From assembly GCF_037042905.1 (NCBI RefSeq), contig NC_087245.1, forward strand, positions 44,146,001 through 44,210,000: DNA of 64,000 nucleotides. Direction: 5' to 3'. The position numbers and the translations under genes are program-made. The notes under the pieces were generated by a model. The model searched no databases and had not been told where the DNA came from. It was given only the letters and a program-made list of their open reading frames with translations. The DNA comes from Lytechinus pictus (Eukaryota). The stretch's first letter is position 1, and every line of letters starts with the position of its first letter. Shown piece after piece: positions 26,871 to 37,825 of the stretch.

Positions 26871-27332
26871 GTCCTTCGAATACTCATTCGCTGCTCTATA
26901 CTGTGTCATGTCATGGCACCTTCCTACCGCAATTGATTCGACCACGGACCTATCTGCCCCCCTCTCGCGCTACACCCGACCTCCAGGGCAGTCGGAGGCA
27001 TATTCGTGCCATCCCCGAACCTAGAAGAGGTTGGTTTAATATATCAATATCCCGTAAAATTTTTTTTTTTTTTTTTAGGCCGCGCGGGGGATCAGATTTT
27101 GAGAGAAAAAAAAAGTGTGGGGGGGGGGGGGGAGTCGAGCATTTTCCAATGGAGGAGAGCGGGGGTAAATTCCCAACATTTTCGTCTGCTAGCTCGAAGA
27201 GGCTGAAGGCTGTTGGGAGGGGGGGGGGGGTGTTTGCTATAGTCAGAAAGCCAAGCTAGTGTGGCAGTCACTCCCTATACGAAGTGTGCACTCGAGCTGA
27301 AATTTAGGGGGCATTTAATAATTGCTTAATAA

Positions 27333-28290
27333 TTGACGTGTGGATACCATGCGCGACAAAAAACACGTAACAATATTATGTATTTTTCAAGATAGGGCAC
27401 GTTACGTAAGTAACGTAATAATAAAGGGGGTCAAAAACACTAAAATAATGAAAAAAGGGTATCTCGCTAGGAAAGCTACTCGTTTAGGGTCAAATTTGCG
27501 AGGGTATAAAAAAGACAAAAATGTTGTATAAAGGATGTACTTTTCGCCCGTACAGTAAACACTACGTGTTTAGTGTCCGATTTGCGCGAGGTGTGAAAGG
27601 TGGGGCAGTCCTACTATAGACCCTGTAGGGATGGAGGTAAGTAGCATCCATGGTAAAACTGACGACCGACGTCCGTGACAACAATAAAGATATCGATGTA
27701 CTTGTTTAGGAGTTCCATTCAAGGAATACTTGCCAATGGTATCGTTTTGTTTCCAAAACTTGTTAAGGGTATGGTTTCACACGCAAAGTCTTGTTAATTA
27801 TGGGTGCATTTTCAGAATATGGAAAATACTTGTTTAAGGTGCTTTTCGAGACCCCATGGTGGCGCAAGATATCCACTCGTCAATGGAAGTGCCCCCGGGC
27901 CTTGACAAGTATTCCCTGAGTGACCCACTAAACAAGTACAACGATATATCTTAATTGTTATGTCACGGACGTGATCGCGGACGTCAGCTTTACCTTTACT
28001 TTCATTGGGTTTAGTATCCCCAAACACTCCTGAGTCGCTCAATTCGGACCCTACACACAAAGTGTTGGGGCAAAATACATCCTATGATGTATTTTAGTCT
28101 TTTTACACCCTTGCAAATTGGACCGTAAACATGTAGTTTTCCTAGCGAAATGTATACCTTTTTTCATTATTTTAGTGTTTTGACACCCTTATTACGTTAC
28201 GTACGTAACGTGCCCGATCTTGAAAAAGATATCGTCTTTGGGTGGTTTTTTTTTTGGTCACGCATGGTATCTACTCGTCAATGGAAGTGG
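27333..28290. mobile_element. Two inverted copies of one MITE family
   Basis: 27335-27530 is the reverse complement of 28090-28280 (CAAGATAGGGCACGTTACGTAAGTAACGTAATAA...). The first copy ends CTCGTCAATGGAAGTGCCCCCGGG at ~27900. Confidence 0.65.
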
Positions 28291-28787
28291 GACGGCGAGT
28301 GTTAAACCTAATGTGATATTTTTTGTAAAATTATCTACAAAACAGTGTAGGAATACATGAAGAGCGTGTACATGAAGTCACTGAAGTTAATGCGAAGGGA
28401 GCTGAGAATTTGTTTGATATGCTGTGGCATGACAAGCACATGTTGTATTGTGAACACTGATATATATTACTGGGATATAACTTGAGCGCGAAATTGAACG
28501 TTTTACTTTCAAACGTTTCAACAAATTATTTATGAATAAAGTATGCATGAGAACCTATATAACAATTATTATGTTGTATCTCTCTAAACGATATAGGAAG
28601 CACACTTAGTGCGAGCTGAATCAGCCCAATGCATTGCCCAAGCCCCCCCCCCCCCCCCCCCCCATTTATTTAGGCTTCAACATAGCATGGTATTTATATC
28701 TCCGTTTTAACATACGCCCTCAATCTCAATTCTGTTAATTACTCTTTTTTATGTCAGTTGTCATACTACATGTAAAATTTCCAGCTA

Positions 28788-29000
28788 GGGTTATACCGGA
28801 ACCGAATCAGCTGCGAATTCATCCGAAATTCCGAATACACGTCGGATGGTTTTGGAAGTATTCTGTTCTCCCGCCGCGCATGCGAGAAAATTCAAGAAGG
28901 ATTCGGGAACATTCGAATCCAACGAAACCATCCGACTTAGGCCGATTTCGGCTAGAATCGGCCCGAATTTATTCGGGAGAATTCGGTTTTGGTGTAACCC
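28788..29000. mobile_element. Small MITE with CCGAAT/ATTCGG internal repeats
   Basis: GGGTTATACCGGAACCGAAT / ATTCGGTTTTGGTGTAACCC inverted ends. Confidence 0.65.
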
Positions 29001-29010
29001 GTGGCTTTAT

Positions 29011-29635
29011 AGGCCAACAGTTTACATACACACATGGAATTCAGTGAAATTTGTTCGCTTACCAAACATCGTGAAATTTACTATGTCTTCAGAAATATAA
29101 ATACTACCTTGACAATTTTGGTATCAAATGAAAGGGCGTATTAAGCTCTTTTACTTGATTGGAATGCCACTGGAATTAAAGTATTTTTCAGGTGGATTTT
29201 TTTTGAAGAATTTTGTTATCATATTTTCAAATATCTTTTCATAGAAATATATAAATGTCAAATCTATGATTTATATAAATGTCAAATCTATGATTTATAT
29301 TTCATATTCTATCATGATATGCCACCACTGAACAAACAAAAATGTTATCTGAAATGTTTGTGTTGAGAAGTAACTAGCACAAATATGAAATGTTTTGGTC
29401 AAGTTTTATTTTTAATTTGTCTAAGATATGAAGATTTTTGGGAAAATATGACACCTAAATATTTTTCAGCTCCTGATGACAAAGCAGTGTGATTAATGGG
29501 GCATGACATACTCGTTTGTTTGATATCAAATTCGTCATGATAGCACAAAATTTTATAAGATACAGTAAATTTCATGATGTTTGGCAAGTGTCAACTTTTA
29601 TTTGAATTTCCTTGGTGTATGTAAACTTCTGGCCT
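29011..29635. mobile_element. TIR MITE
   Basis: AGGCCAACAGTTTACATACAC...CCAAACATCGTGAAATTTACT versus AGTAAATTTCATGATGTTTGG...GTGTATGTAAACTTCTGGCCT; imperfect inverted arms of more than 100 bp. Confidence 0.75.
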
Positions 29636-29968
29636 CAACTGTACCACCATATACAAAAACTCGGACCGAATGAATGAACATACCAATTATATACACGCGC
29701 TTTCGATTCAAATTTGTTGTTTATTTTATAGCATGAAATCAATTCTTATGAGATCAATTCGATTGAAATGAAGGAGAAGATTATGACGAGAAGGAAGCTG
29801 ATGGCAATAATCAATATTGATATCGTTATGCATCCATAAAATGAAAAAAATAGAAAGATGGCGATATGCTACAAAAATAAAGTATAGATATGAAACCCTA
29901 ATATCAGATCTAATCATAATCTAGCTACCAATGATAACGCATTGTCCATAACTGAATGTCATTTTTAA

Positions 29969-30523
29969 AGGTCAAGTCCACCTCAGGAAAATTTTGATTT
30001 GAATCAATAAAGGAAAATCAGAAGAGCATAATGCTGAAAATTTCATCAAAATCGAATGTGAAATAAGAAAGTTATGACATTTTAAAGTTTCGCTTATTTT
30101 TCACAAAATAGGTATGTGCACGATTTGGTCACATGCTGTCCCTCACTCATTATTTCTTTTGTGTTTTATTGTTTGAATTATACAATATTTCAATTTTTTG
30201 CAGACTTGACAATAAGAAAATGTAAAACAATGGTAATTCCACATGCTCAGGGAGAAATAAAACTCTTGTTTCACAGGACAATGAGGAGAAAATCATAATA
30301 TTTCATATAATAATAGATACAAAAGAAATATAGTGAGTGAGTGAGTAACGACCGGCATGTGCGTATAAACTATAATTGTTTTGTGTAATTAAGCAAAACT
30401 TTAAAATATCATAACTTTTTTTCTTATTTTACATCTGATTTTGATGGAATTTTCAGTGTTATGCTTGTTGGATTTTTCTTATTTTTTCATTCAAATCAAC
30501 TTTTTGTTGGAGTGGACCGTCCT
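29969..30523. mobile_element. Kolobok-type MITE (TTAA TSD)
   Basis: AGGTCAAGTCCAC...GTGGACCGTCCT with TTAA on both sides. Homologous to 3365..3969. Confidence 0.85.
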
Positions 30524-30915
30524 TTAATGAAATTATGAGAACTGATATGCAGCATTTTAAGGTGCAGGCCGGCAGATGTGTCTCTACAATAAACGGGATA
30601 TGAGATGCCTTTTTCATCATTCTACTGTTTCATCAACATTACTATGAGACTAATAAATGCCAAAGGGGAATACGAATATTTTTATGATTATAAATACAAA
30701 ATCTATTGTCAGGAAATAAATTTAATGTAATTATAGATATGTTTCAGTTAGAGTTTAAACATGTGTTTAAAATATTTACTTGGTCCAGGTTAGGGTAGGC
30801 CTATAGACAAGTACATGTGTTTTAAATATTTCAAAAGCAAGCGCTGGAAACGTTCGGGTACGTACAAGATCAGGCGGATGCAAGTGTATAAATAGTTATA
30901 TACAGTTCTCTGTAA

Positions 30916-31090
30916 CTGGGCGTTGTGGCGTGCGCCTGTAATCCAAGCTATGTGGGGAAGTTACAAATTGATGCAGAGGTTCGAGCCCTGGTCACGTCTT
31001 TCGGATGGTGACGTTAAAGGTCGGTCCCAGACGTAAATAATCATATCTGATTGATACACGTCTGACAAAACTCAACTACACACACACACA
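30916..31090 (+). mobile_element. SINE-like element with a 7SL(SRP RNA)/Alu-domain-like head, B box, Deu-like core and (CA)n tail
   Basis: Head CTGGGCGTTGTGGCGTGCGCCTGTAATCCAAGCTA resembles the 7SL 5' end. B box GGTTCGAGCCC at 30978-30988. Core GTCTTTCGGATGGTGACGTTAAAGGTCGGTCCC at 30996-31028. (CA)n at 31079-31090. Possible TSD CTCTGTAA/CTCTTTAA. Confidence 0.75.
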
Positions 31091-31818
31091 CTCTTTAATG
31101 AATAGATTTGTGCAAGTGCACAGCCCTTTGCACAGGAAGTGTATTTTGTTATTAAGAATGTGTTGCTTTATATGCACTCATCTGTTATTGAAATTCTTTG
31201 AATTATTTCATACAAATTTTACAGTTAGTCCTGTCGTCGGTGACGAGATAACGACCCCAGCTGCCGCCGGTTCTCTACCGACATGATTGGTCAAAATTCA
31301 TGCCATCATTGGGGGCTCGATCTCGTCCACTAATTCGTCGAGGTGACAGCCCGCGAGACCGAGGGCCCGCGAGACCGAAGGCCCGCGAAACCGAAGGCTC
31401 ACGAGGCCGAAGGTCCGCGAGACCGACTTTTCCCCCCTTCATCGGGTGCCGCGGTCGAGTGGTTTAAGGCGCCTTGTTGCAGCGGCGTAACAGGTGCCTG
31501 TTATCAGAGGGGGAGGGGGCAGAGCCAGATATTTCCCAGTATTCCGTCTAGAATTAATGGCATAACTTGGATTTCAGTGTCAGTTTAGGGGGGCAGTAGT
31601 GAGCACGAGAAGCGCGTTCCGGGGGGCGGGGGGGGGGGTTGCAGGGAGGGAAGTGTCCCCACCCTCCGCGAGAAGCGCGGAAGGTCCGACGTTCCTTTGA
31701 ATTGTTCCTTATCTGCTCTCGCTCATCTTAATACGTCCTCTGCCTGTTATCAGAGGGGGGGGGGCAGGGCAGAGCAAACAATTTCCTGGTAACTAAGTCC
31801 AGAATCAGTGGCTTTGCT

Positions 31819-33417
31819 CAGCGGCATAACAGGGGTCGGTCATATCATGGTATGAACAGGCGTAATGAGGTGACGATTTTGAGAGGGCCAGATATTGCGT
31901 ATCGGGCAGAATTTTATTTTTTTTTTAAGTTGCAAGCGAGCAAAAATTTTGACATTTTTAATATAAAAATCCAAGTTTGTGATAGATTTTGACATGATAT
32001 CCAGAGAATAATATATTTCATTCTTCTCTCTTTCCATTCCTTTTTTTGGTGGTCTGTACCCCACTGTGAACAGGATTCTTTGCGGCAGTAGCGTGAAGAG
32101 CACAAAAAAAACAAGGGACACAGTATGGCGCATGTGCTAAAAAGCTGCTTAATATAAGTCCCGAGTGAGCGAAGCGAGCGCGAAAAAATCACCTTTTCAT
32201 GAGAATCTAACTTTGAGATATTTTATTGACATTATATTCAGTAAATAAAATCATGTTCTTCACTTTTCATTTGCTTTACTTTCCTCCCTTTTTTTTGCTC
32301 TTGGTTGTAGAACTTTAGGGGCCATGGCCCAACCCTTCCATACTCATTTACGACAGTGCAATGCGGTTGGGGTCTTGATATCAAAGCCATTTAAACCTCG
32401 CAGATTGCCGCTATTTTTTAATCAAATCGCGGGTATATATTTTACACAACACATTTATTCAACCAAGTTGCGTAATGAACCAAATATTTTGAGGGGGCAA
32501 AACAAAGCAATGTGGGAAAAATTGTAACAAGTCGCCAGCGAGCAAAGCGAGCTGCAAAAAAGTGCCTATTGAAATTAAATTTTAATTATGTGATAGATTT
32601 TTCCATTATATTCAGCAAATAACACATTTCATTGTTGCCATTAATTTCATTATACGTTGTCTCCTATAATTATTTCCTCTTGCGTGTGGAACCAAGCCCC
32701 CCGCGCCTATATGCCAGTGATTGAACGTAAAGCTTAATGTAGGAAGGGTCCCTACAAGGGGGGGGGGGCGTTATAGAGCCATTTGAATGTTATAGATGAA
32801 GAGCCCCTACTGCGTGGGGGCAAAGCCCCGGTAGCTTATTTGCATAAAATTTAACAAGCTTATAGCACAATGTTGGATACTGTCCATCTTTCTTCCCGCT
32901 CTTTACTTTCAATCCTCGGCAGCCCGGGGGTGTTTCATCAATCACAATTAGTCGGAGAAAACCACCGACTAATTGTTTGATGAAACGCCCCCGGTCGTGT
33001 TATTAAGGTTTTTTTCTTGTCCCATTTCCTTGTTTTCCAATTTAGCTTTTGACTAATTCCATTCTACCTTCGTTAACCGCTATTGTTTGCCACTTCGTCA
33101 TCTTTTGATTTATTTCCCATCATGCTATTGCATTACATAGGCCTATTTCGGAATGATTTGTTCTTTCTCAAATGTTCTTCTTTCGTTCCTTTTACCGCTT
33201 AATTCCTTCCCTTTTCATAAAAAAAATCTTCGTTTTATTTTCCCTTTTCTCTTCCCCTTTCCTTTTCCCCCTTTTCTCTTCCCCTTTCCTTCACCTTTCC
33301 CTTTCTTTCTCCCTCCCTTTTCTCTTTTCCCCGTTTTTTTAATTTTATTTTCCCGGTGAAATCCGCCAGGGGGGCAGCTTGCCCCCCTGCCCCCCCCCCC
33401 CGCCTGTTACGCCACTG
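31819..33417. mobile_element. hAT-type element, 8-bp TSD GCTTTGCT
   Basis: CAGCGGCATAACAGG / CCTGTTACGCCACTG ends. TSD at 31811-31818 and 33418-33425. The host arm resumes exactly after the TSD. Confidence 0.88.
32926..32992. mobile_element. Minimal Harbinger-like hairpin MITE (~67 bp)
   Basis: GGGGGTGTTTCATCAATCACAATTAGTCGG / CCGACTAATTGTTTGATGAAACGCCCCC. Confidence 0.65.
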
Positions 33418-34985
33418 GCTTTGCTAGGATTTCATTTTTGGGGCGGTAGTGAGCACGCGGAGTGTGCAAAATAGGTGAGCGGCCAGAAGCCAAAAAGTGG
33501 CTTATTTCTTGACTTTAATCCCCCCGGCTGGATCAAAGCAAAATCATACATCAAATTAAAGAAAATTTTCTGATTTTTTTCGGAATTGGGCATTAAAAAT
33601 GCCGTAATGTGTAGCATCACCATGGAAATCAGCCTTGAATAAGCCACGCCCATTTTGAATACTTACTGAATATTTATTGGGAACTCTGATTTTTTACTCA
33701 TTAATTTAAATTATCAGGTATTTTTTCTTACTTTCAAAGGATAGATTCACTAAAGATTGTAAGAAGAATTACTGAAAAATAACTTCGCATGAACTTTATG
33801 AACATTTTCTCAGACGTTGTTGCCTAGCAACATACCTTTCCTTAGCAACCATTTAGCTCCTTAAGTAAACCACTTATTTTCCATTTCAAACCTAACTTTA
33901 ACTTTTTAACTAGGTTATATTAAACCAAATAAGTTACACCGATGAAATTATATAAGATATTATTGAAAAATAATAAAAAGAACTGAAACCCCCCATTTTA
34001 ACTATTACAAACCTCAAATAAATTTGCTAAGCTCTACCTGACATAGCCCTTCACATCATACAAATCGCCATATTATTGTCCATTTTTACTACATTGCTAC
34101 ACGTACAAGTCACATACTTAATACTATTTTGTGGTGAAAAAGTTGATTGAGTTAATAATACCTGATCAATTAACATGCAGTATCTTGTCTTCAATAGAAC
34201 AACAACAAAATGACCATTTCATTTTACACATGGATACCAATGTGTTGCCTATTAAATAAACATCACGGGAATCTTTAAACAATAATATATCGTTATAGCT
34301 CTACTTTTCACTCTTGAAAATTACCTCTACTTGAATTTTTATTATGAAATCAACTTTTTAATATAAATAATTAGACATTGATACTATTAGATGAATATGC
34401 GATTGCAGTAAAGTAACATTTATCAGGATACTACAACATTAATATCATATTCATTTATTTCCAAAAGTAAAATTTTCCTAATATCCAAAATGCATAAATA
34501 CAAATGACTCTGTTTATGATTTTAGACTGATGATGATGATGTGTGAACCTTGAAACATGTTCCGTTTATTAAAATTTAATGTTCTTATCACATGATTTGG
34601 TCGATGGATTATAATTTGTTTCCCCTCTTTGTTCAATACTAACATCTGAAATTTGTGATGTACGTAATATTTCTTTCATCAGTATGTACTTTTGTTGAAA
34701 AAAAAAAAATAAGAAAGAATACTAATTACCGTACAAGTGACCATGGGGATATACACATGAACTGCCTTTTATATCTTAAAAATATATTTCGAAAACATAA
34801 AATGAAACAATTTTTCTCTTCATCTGGATTTCTTTTTCCTCTTTCCTATCTATCTTGTGCATGTCCTTCCTCTTTCACGCTTCCTCTATATTAAAAGTAT
34901 AAAAAAGAATATCAGTAATCGTATAATGATAATGATAATAGTGGTGAATAAAAACGACAATAGAAAAAATATTAGGTTTATCACA

Positions 34986-35012
34986 ACTACTACTACGACT
35001 ACTACGACTCCG

Positions 35013-35051
<39 letters not shown>
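34986..35051. repeat. (ACT)n microsatellite
   Basis: Direct inspection. Confidence 0.95.
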
Positions 35052-35055
<4 letters not shown>

Positions 35056-35856
35056 ATTCTACCACTGCTGCTGCTGCTGATTTTATGATAACAAAAATAG
35101 TAACAACAACAATGAAAAATGGGTTTTAGGACAACTCCCCGAGAGGACTACTCCTCCGGAGGGATCGAGACCCCCCTCCCCCCCCCCCATGAAAACTCCC
35201 CCGAAGGACCATTCTCCCGAGGACAGGCTTCCCGGAGGAAAACTGATTTAAACCGGCACTTCTATTTGAGTGACAGATTAATATACGTTCTTTTCTTTAG
35301 AATTTTCACCTTCTTGTTCTTCTTATTTTTCTGTTTAAATGAGAAAACAAAAATGCTACGATAGGATTGCCCATAATGAAGGTTCAATGTTCCAGGTGTA
35401 TGTATTTCCATAATATTCCAGTTTTCTTGTTAAACATTAAATGCACAAGATCGTGAAGCAGAATTGCCATAAAAATAAACGTTAAATGAGAAGAGTTAAT
35501 GATCAAGTAGTGTCGGTGAAATTAAGCAACGTAAGTTTATACTGTAAGTAGCGGAAACACCCCCTCTCTGGACCCCCCCCCCCCCCCTAGAGAGCCGTTT
35601 CGTGCGCGCATTAAGTGTTTCGCACGATTCGCGTGCTCACCACCGCCCCCTTAAATGAAATCCTAGCAACGCCACTGATTCTAAATTTAGTTACCGGGAA
35701 TTACCCCGCCCCCCCCCCCGATAACAGGCAGAGAATGTAAGAGGAGCGGGAGCAGACAAGGAACAATTCGAAGAAAACGTCGGAGCTTCCATGCTTTGCG
35801 CAGAAGGGGGAAAACTCCCCATTATAGGGAGCGCCTTGCGCGCGCTCATGCAGTAT

Positions 35857-36003
35857 TAGTAATAATAATAATAATAATAGCTGAATTTATAAAGCGCTTT
35901 TTGCCAGAGGATACAAAGCGCTGCTATTATTACCCCGGCTTTAGCTCGAGCTACCATCACCGGCGCTCAGTGCATGCAAGGAATTATTCCTGCCGGGTAC
36001 CCA
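35857..36003 (-). mobile_element. 5'-truncated SINE (CORE/L2-tail-like) with (ATT)n tail
   Basis: Minus strand reads ATGGGTACCCGGCAGG ... AGCGCTTTG..AAAGCGCTTTATAAAT..(TAT)n, an L2-type 3' stem-loop and tail. It interrupts the foldback arm. Confidence 0.55.
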
Positions 36004-37080
36004 TATTAAGTGTTTCGCCACTTCGCGTGCTCACTACCGCCCCCTAAAATGAAATCCTTCTGGACTAAGTTACCGGGAAATGTTTTGGCTCACCCCCCCC
36101 CCGAAAACAGGCAGAGGACGTATTAAGATGAGCGGAAACAGACAAGGAACGATTTACAGGAACGTCGTAGCTTCCAGGCTTCTCGCGGGGGACACTCACA
36201 CTCCCTAGCTGCACCCCCCCCCCCGGAGCGCGCTTCCCGTGCTCACTCCCGCCCCTAAACTGAAATCCTAGCTATGTTACTAATTCTAGACGGAGTTACC
36301 GGGAAATATTTGGCTCTGCCCACTCCCCCTCTGATAACAGGCATAACGAGGCGCCTTAAACCACTCGACACCTGATGAAGTAAAAAAAAAAACGGTCTCG
36401 CGGGCCTCGCAGGCCTTCGGTCAAGTGGTCGGACCCCTCCCATCTTAGGTCTGAAATCTCAATTTTTTCAACTCGCGCTTCGCGCTCGCATCAATTGTTC
36501 AGTTTTAAACCTCTACCGTTTATTTAAAAAAATGTTTAGAATGTCAACTTTTTAGGTCGGAATGTCAAAAAAATTTCAGCTCGCGCTTCGCGCTCGCATT
36601 ATCTAAAAGTTGAAATATGTATGAATGTATCGTCTTAATGGCTAACTGCAAATCGTCCTTAACTGTAGTTTTAGATCAAGCCAGAACCCATATTAAAAAA
36701 TTCCTAGGTATATACATGTACGCATCTTGTTTAGGTTCACAAACATTGCCCAGAATATTCAATTTTCAGGACAAAATACATGAAATTCCAAAAATTTTCA
36801 GCTCGCGCATCGCGCTCGCACTATTTAATAGGGCTTATGAGATTATTACATTTTTAAATGATGTTTTATAAGAATAAAGCTAAGAAATGACTGTTAGAAC
36901 ATCGGCGTTTTGCCCCCCCCCCCCCAAGGTATATACATGTACGCATCTTGTTCAGGTTCACAAACATTGCCCAGAATATTCAATTTTCAGAATATTCAAT
37001 TTTCAGGACAAAATACATGAAATTCCAAAAAAATTCAGCTCGCACTATTCAATAGGGCTTATGAGATTATTACATTTTTA

Positions 37081-37825
37081 AAGTGGTTCAAGAATTATCT
37101 AACCGGGCGTTCACAGTTCGTTTCACTTGATGGTAATATTTCTGAACGTAAACCTGTCCTTTGTGGAGTTCCACAGGGCAGCATTCTTGGCCCACTTTTG
37201 TTCATTACTTATATAAATGATATTGATATGTCATCAAGATTGCTTCAATTTATACTTTTTGCTGATGACTCTAATATATTTCTGTCGCACCCCGACCCAG
37301 AGCAATTGACGCAAATATTCAATGACGAACTAAAAAATGTTTCTAATTGGATAACAGCTAACAAACTCTCTCTTAACCTAGAAAAAACTAGCTACATGCT
37401 ATTTAGCAACAAGATTACGATTGTACCAAAAGATGTAATTTTAAATGATACTGTTATTCAAAGAGTGCGATCTACTTAATTTTTGGGACTGATCATTGAC
37501 GAAAAACTTTCTTGGAAAACACATATTGATAATATTTGTAAAATCATTGCTCGCAACATTGGTGTCATTAGAAAATTAAGCCACTTCTTACCCCATCATA
37601 TATTGTTATCATTATATTCAACGTTAATTTTACCTTATCTGAATTACGGAGTTGTTGCATGGGGTAACGCAGCGAATTCTCAAATTAATAGACTTTTTAT
37701 ATTACAAAAAAGAGTGATTCGTATTATTAGTCATGCAGAATTCAGGGCACATACAAATATTCTGTTTTTGAAAAATAAAGTCTTGAAGGTTAAAGATTTA
37801 TATTCTTTTCAACTCGGACAGTTAA
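37081..37825 (+). mobile_element. CR1/Crack-like LINE ORF2, 5' half of a split copy
   Basis: KWFKNYLTGRSQ..CGVPQGSILGPLLFITYIND..ILFADD..LSLNLEKT..ILPYLNYG..YSFQLGQL; one premature stop at 37477-37479. Confidence 0.93.

Larger units (their letters stand above)
31341..36420. mobile_element. Foldback-like element with long modular inverted arms (AGGTGACAGCCCGCGAGACC terminus)
   Basis: The left arm (31341-31818 plus 33426-33470) is the reverse complement of 35600-36420. Terminal CCGCGAGACCGA repeats. A better-preserved right terminus of the same family lies at 55430-55664. No TSD found. Confidence 0.7.

Noticed and set aside
30916..31220. Full-length functional 7SL/SRP RNA gene, or human Alu contamination
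   Set aside because: Similarity stops after ~45 nt. There is no S domain, no 3' Alu strand, no dimer and no poly-A tail, and the flanks are native repeat families.
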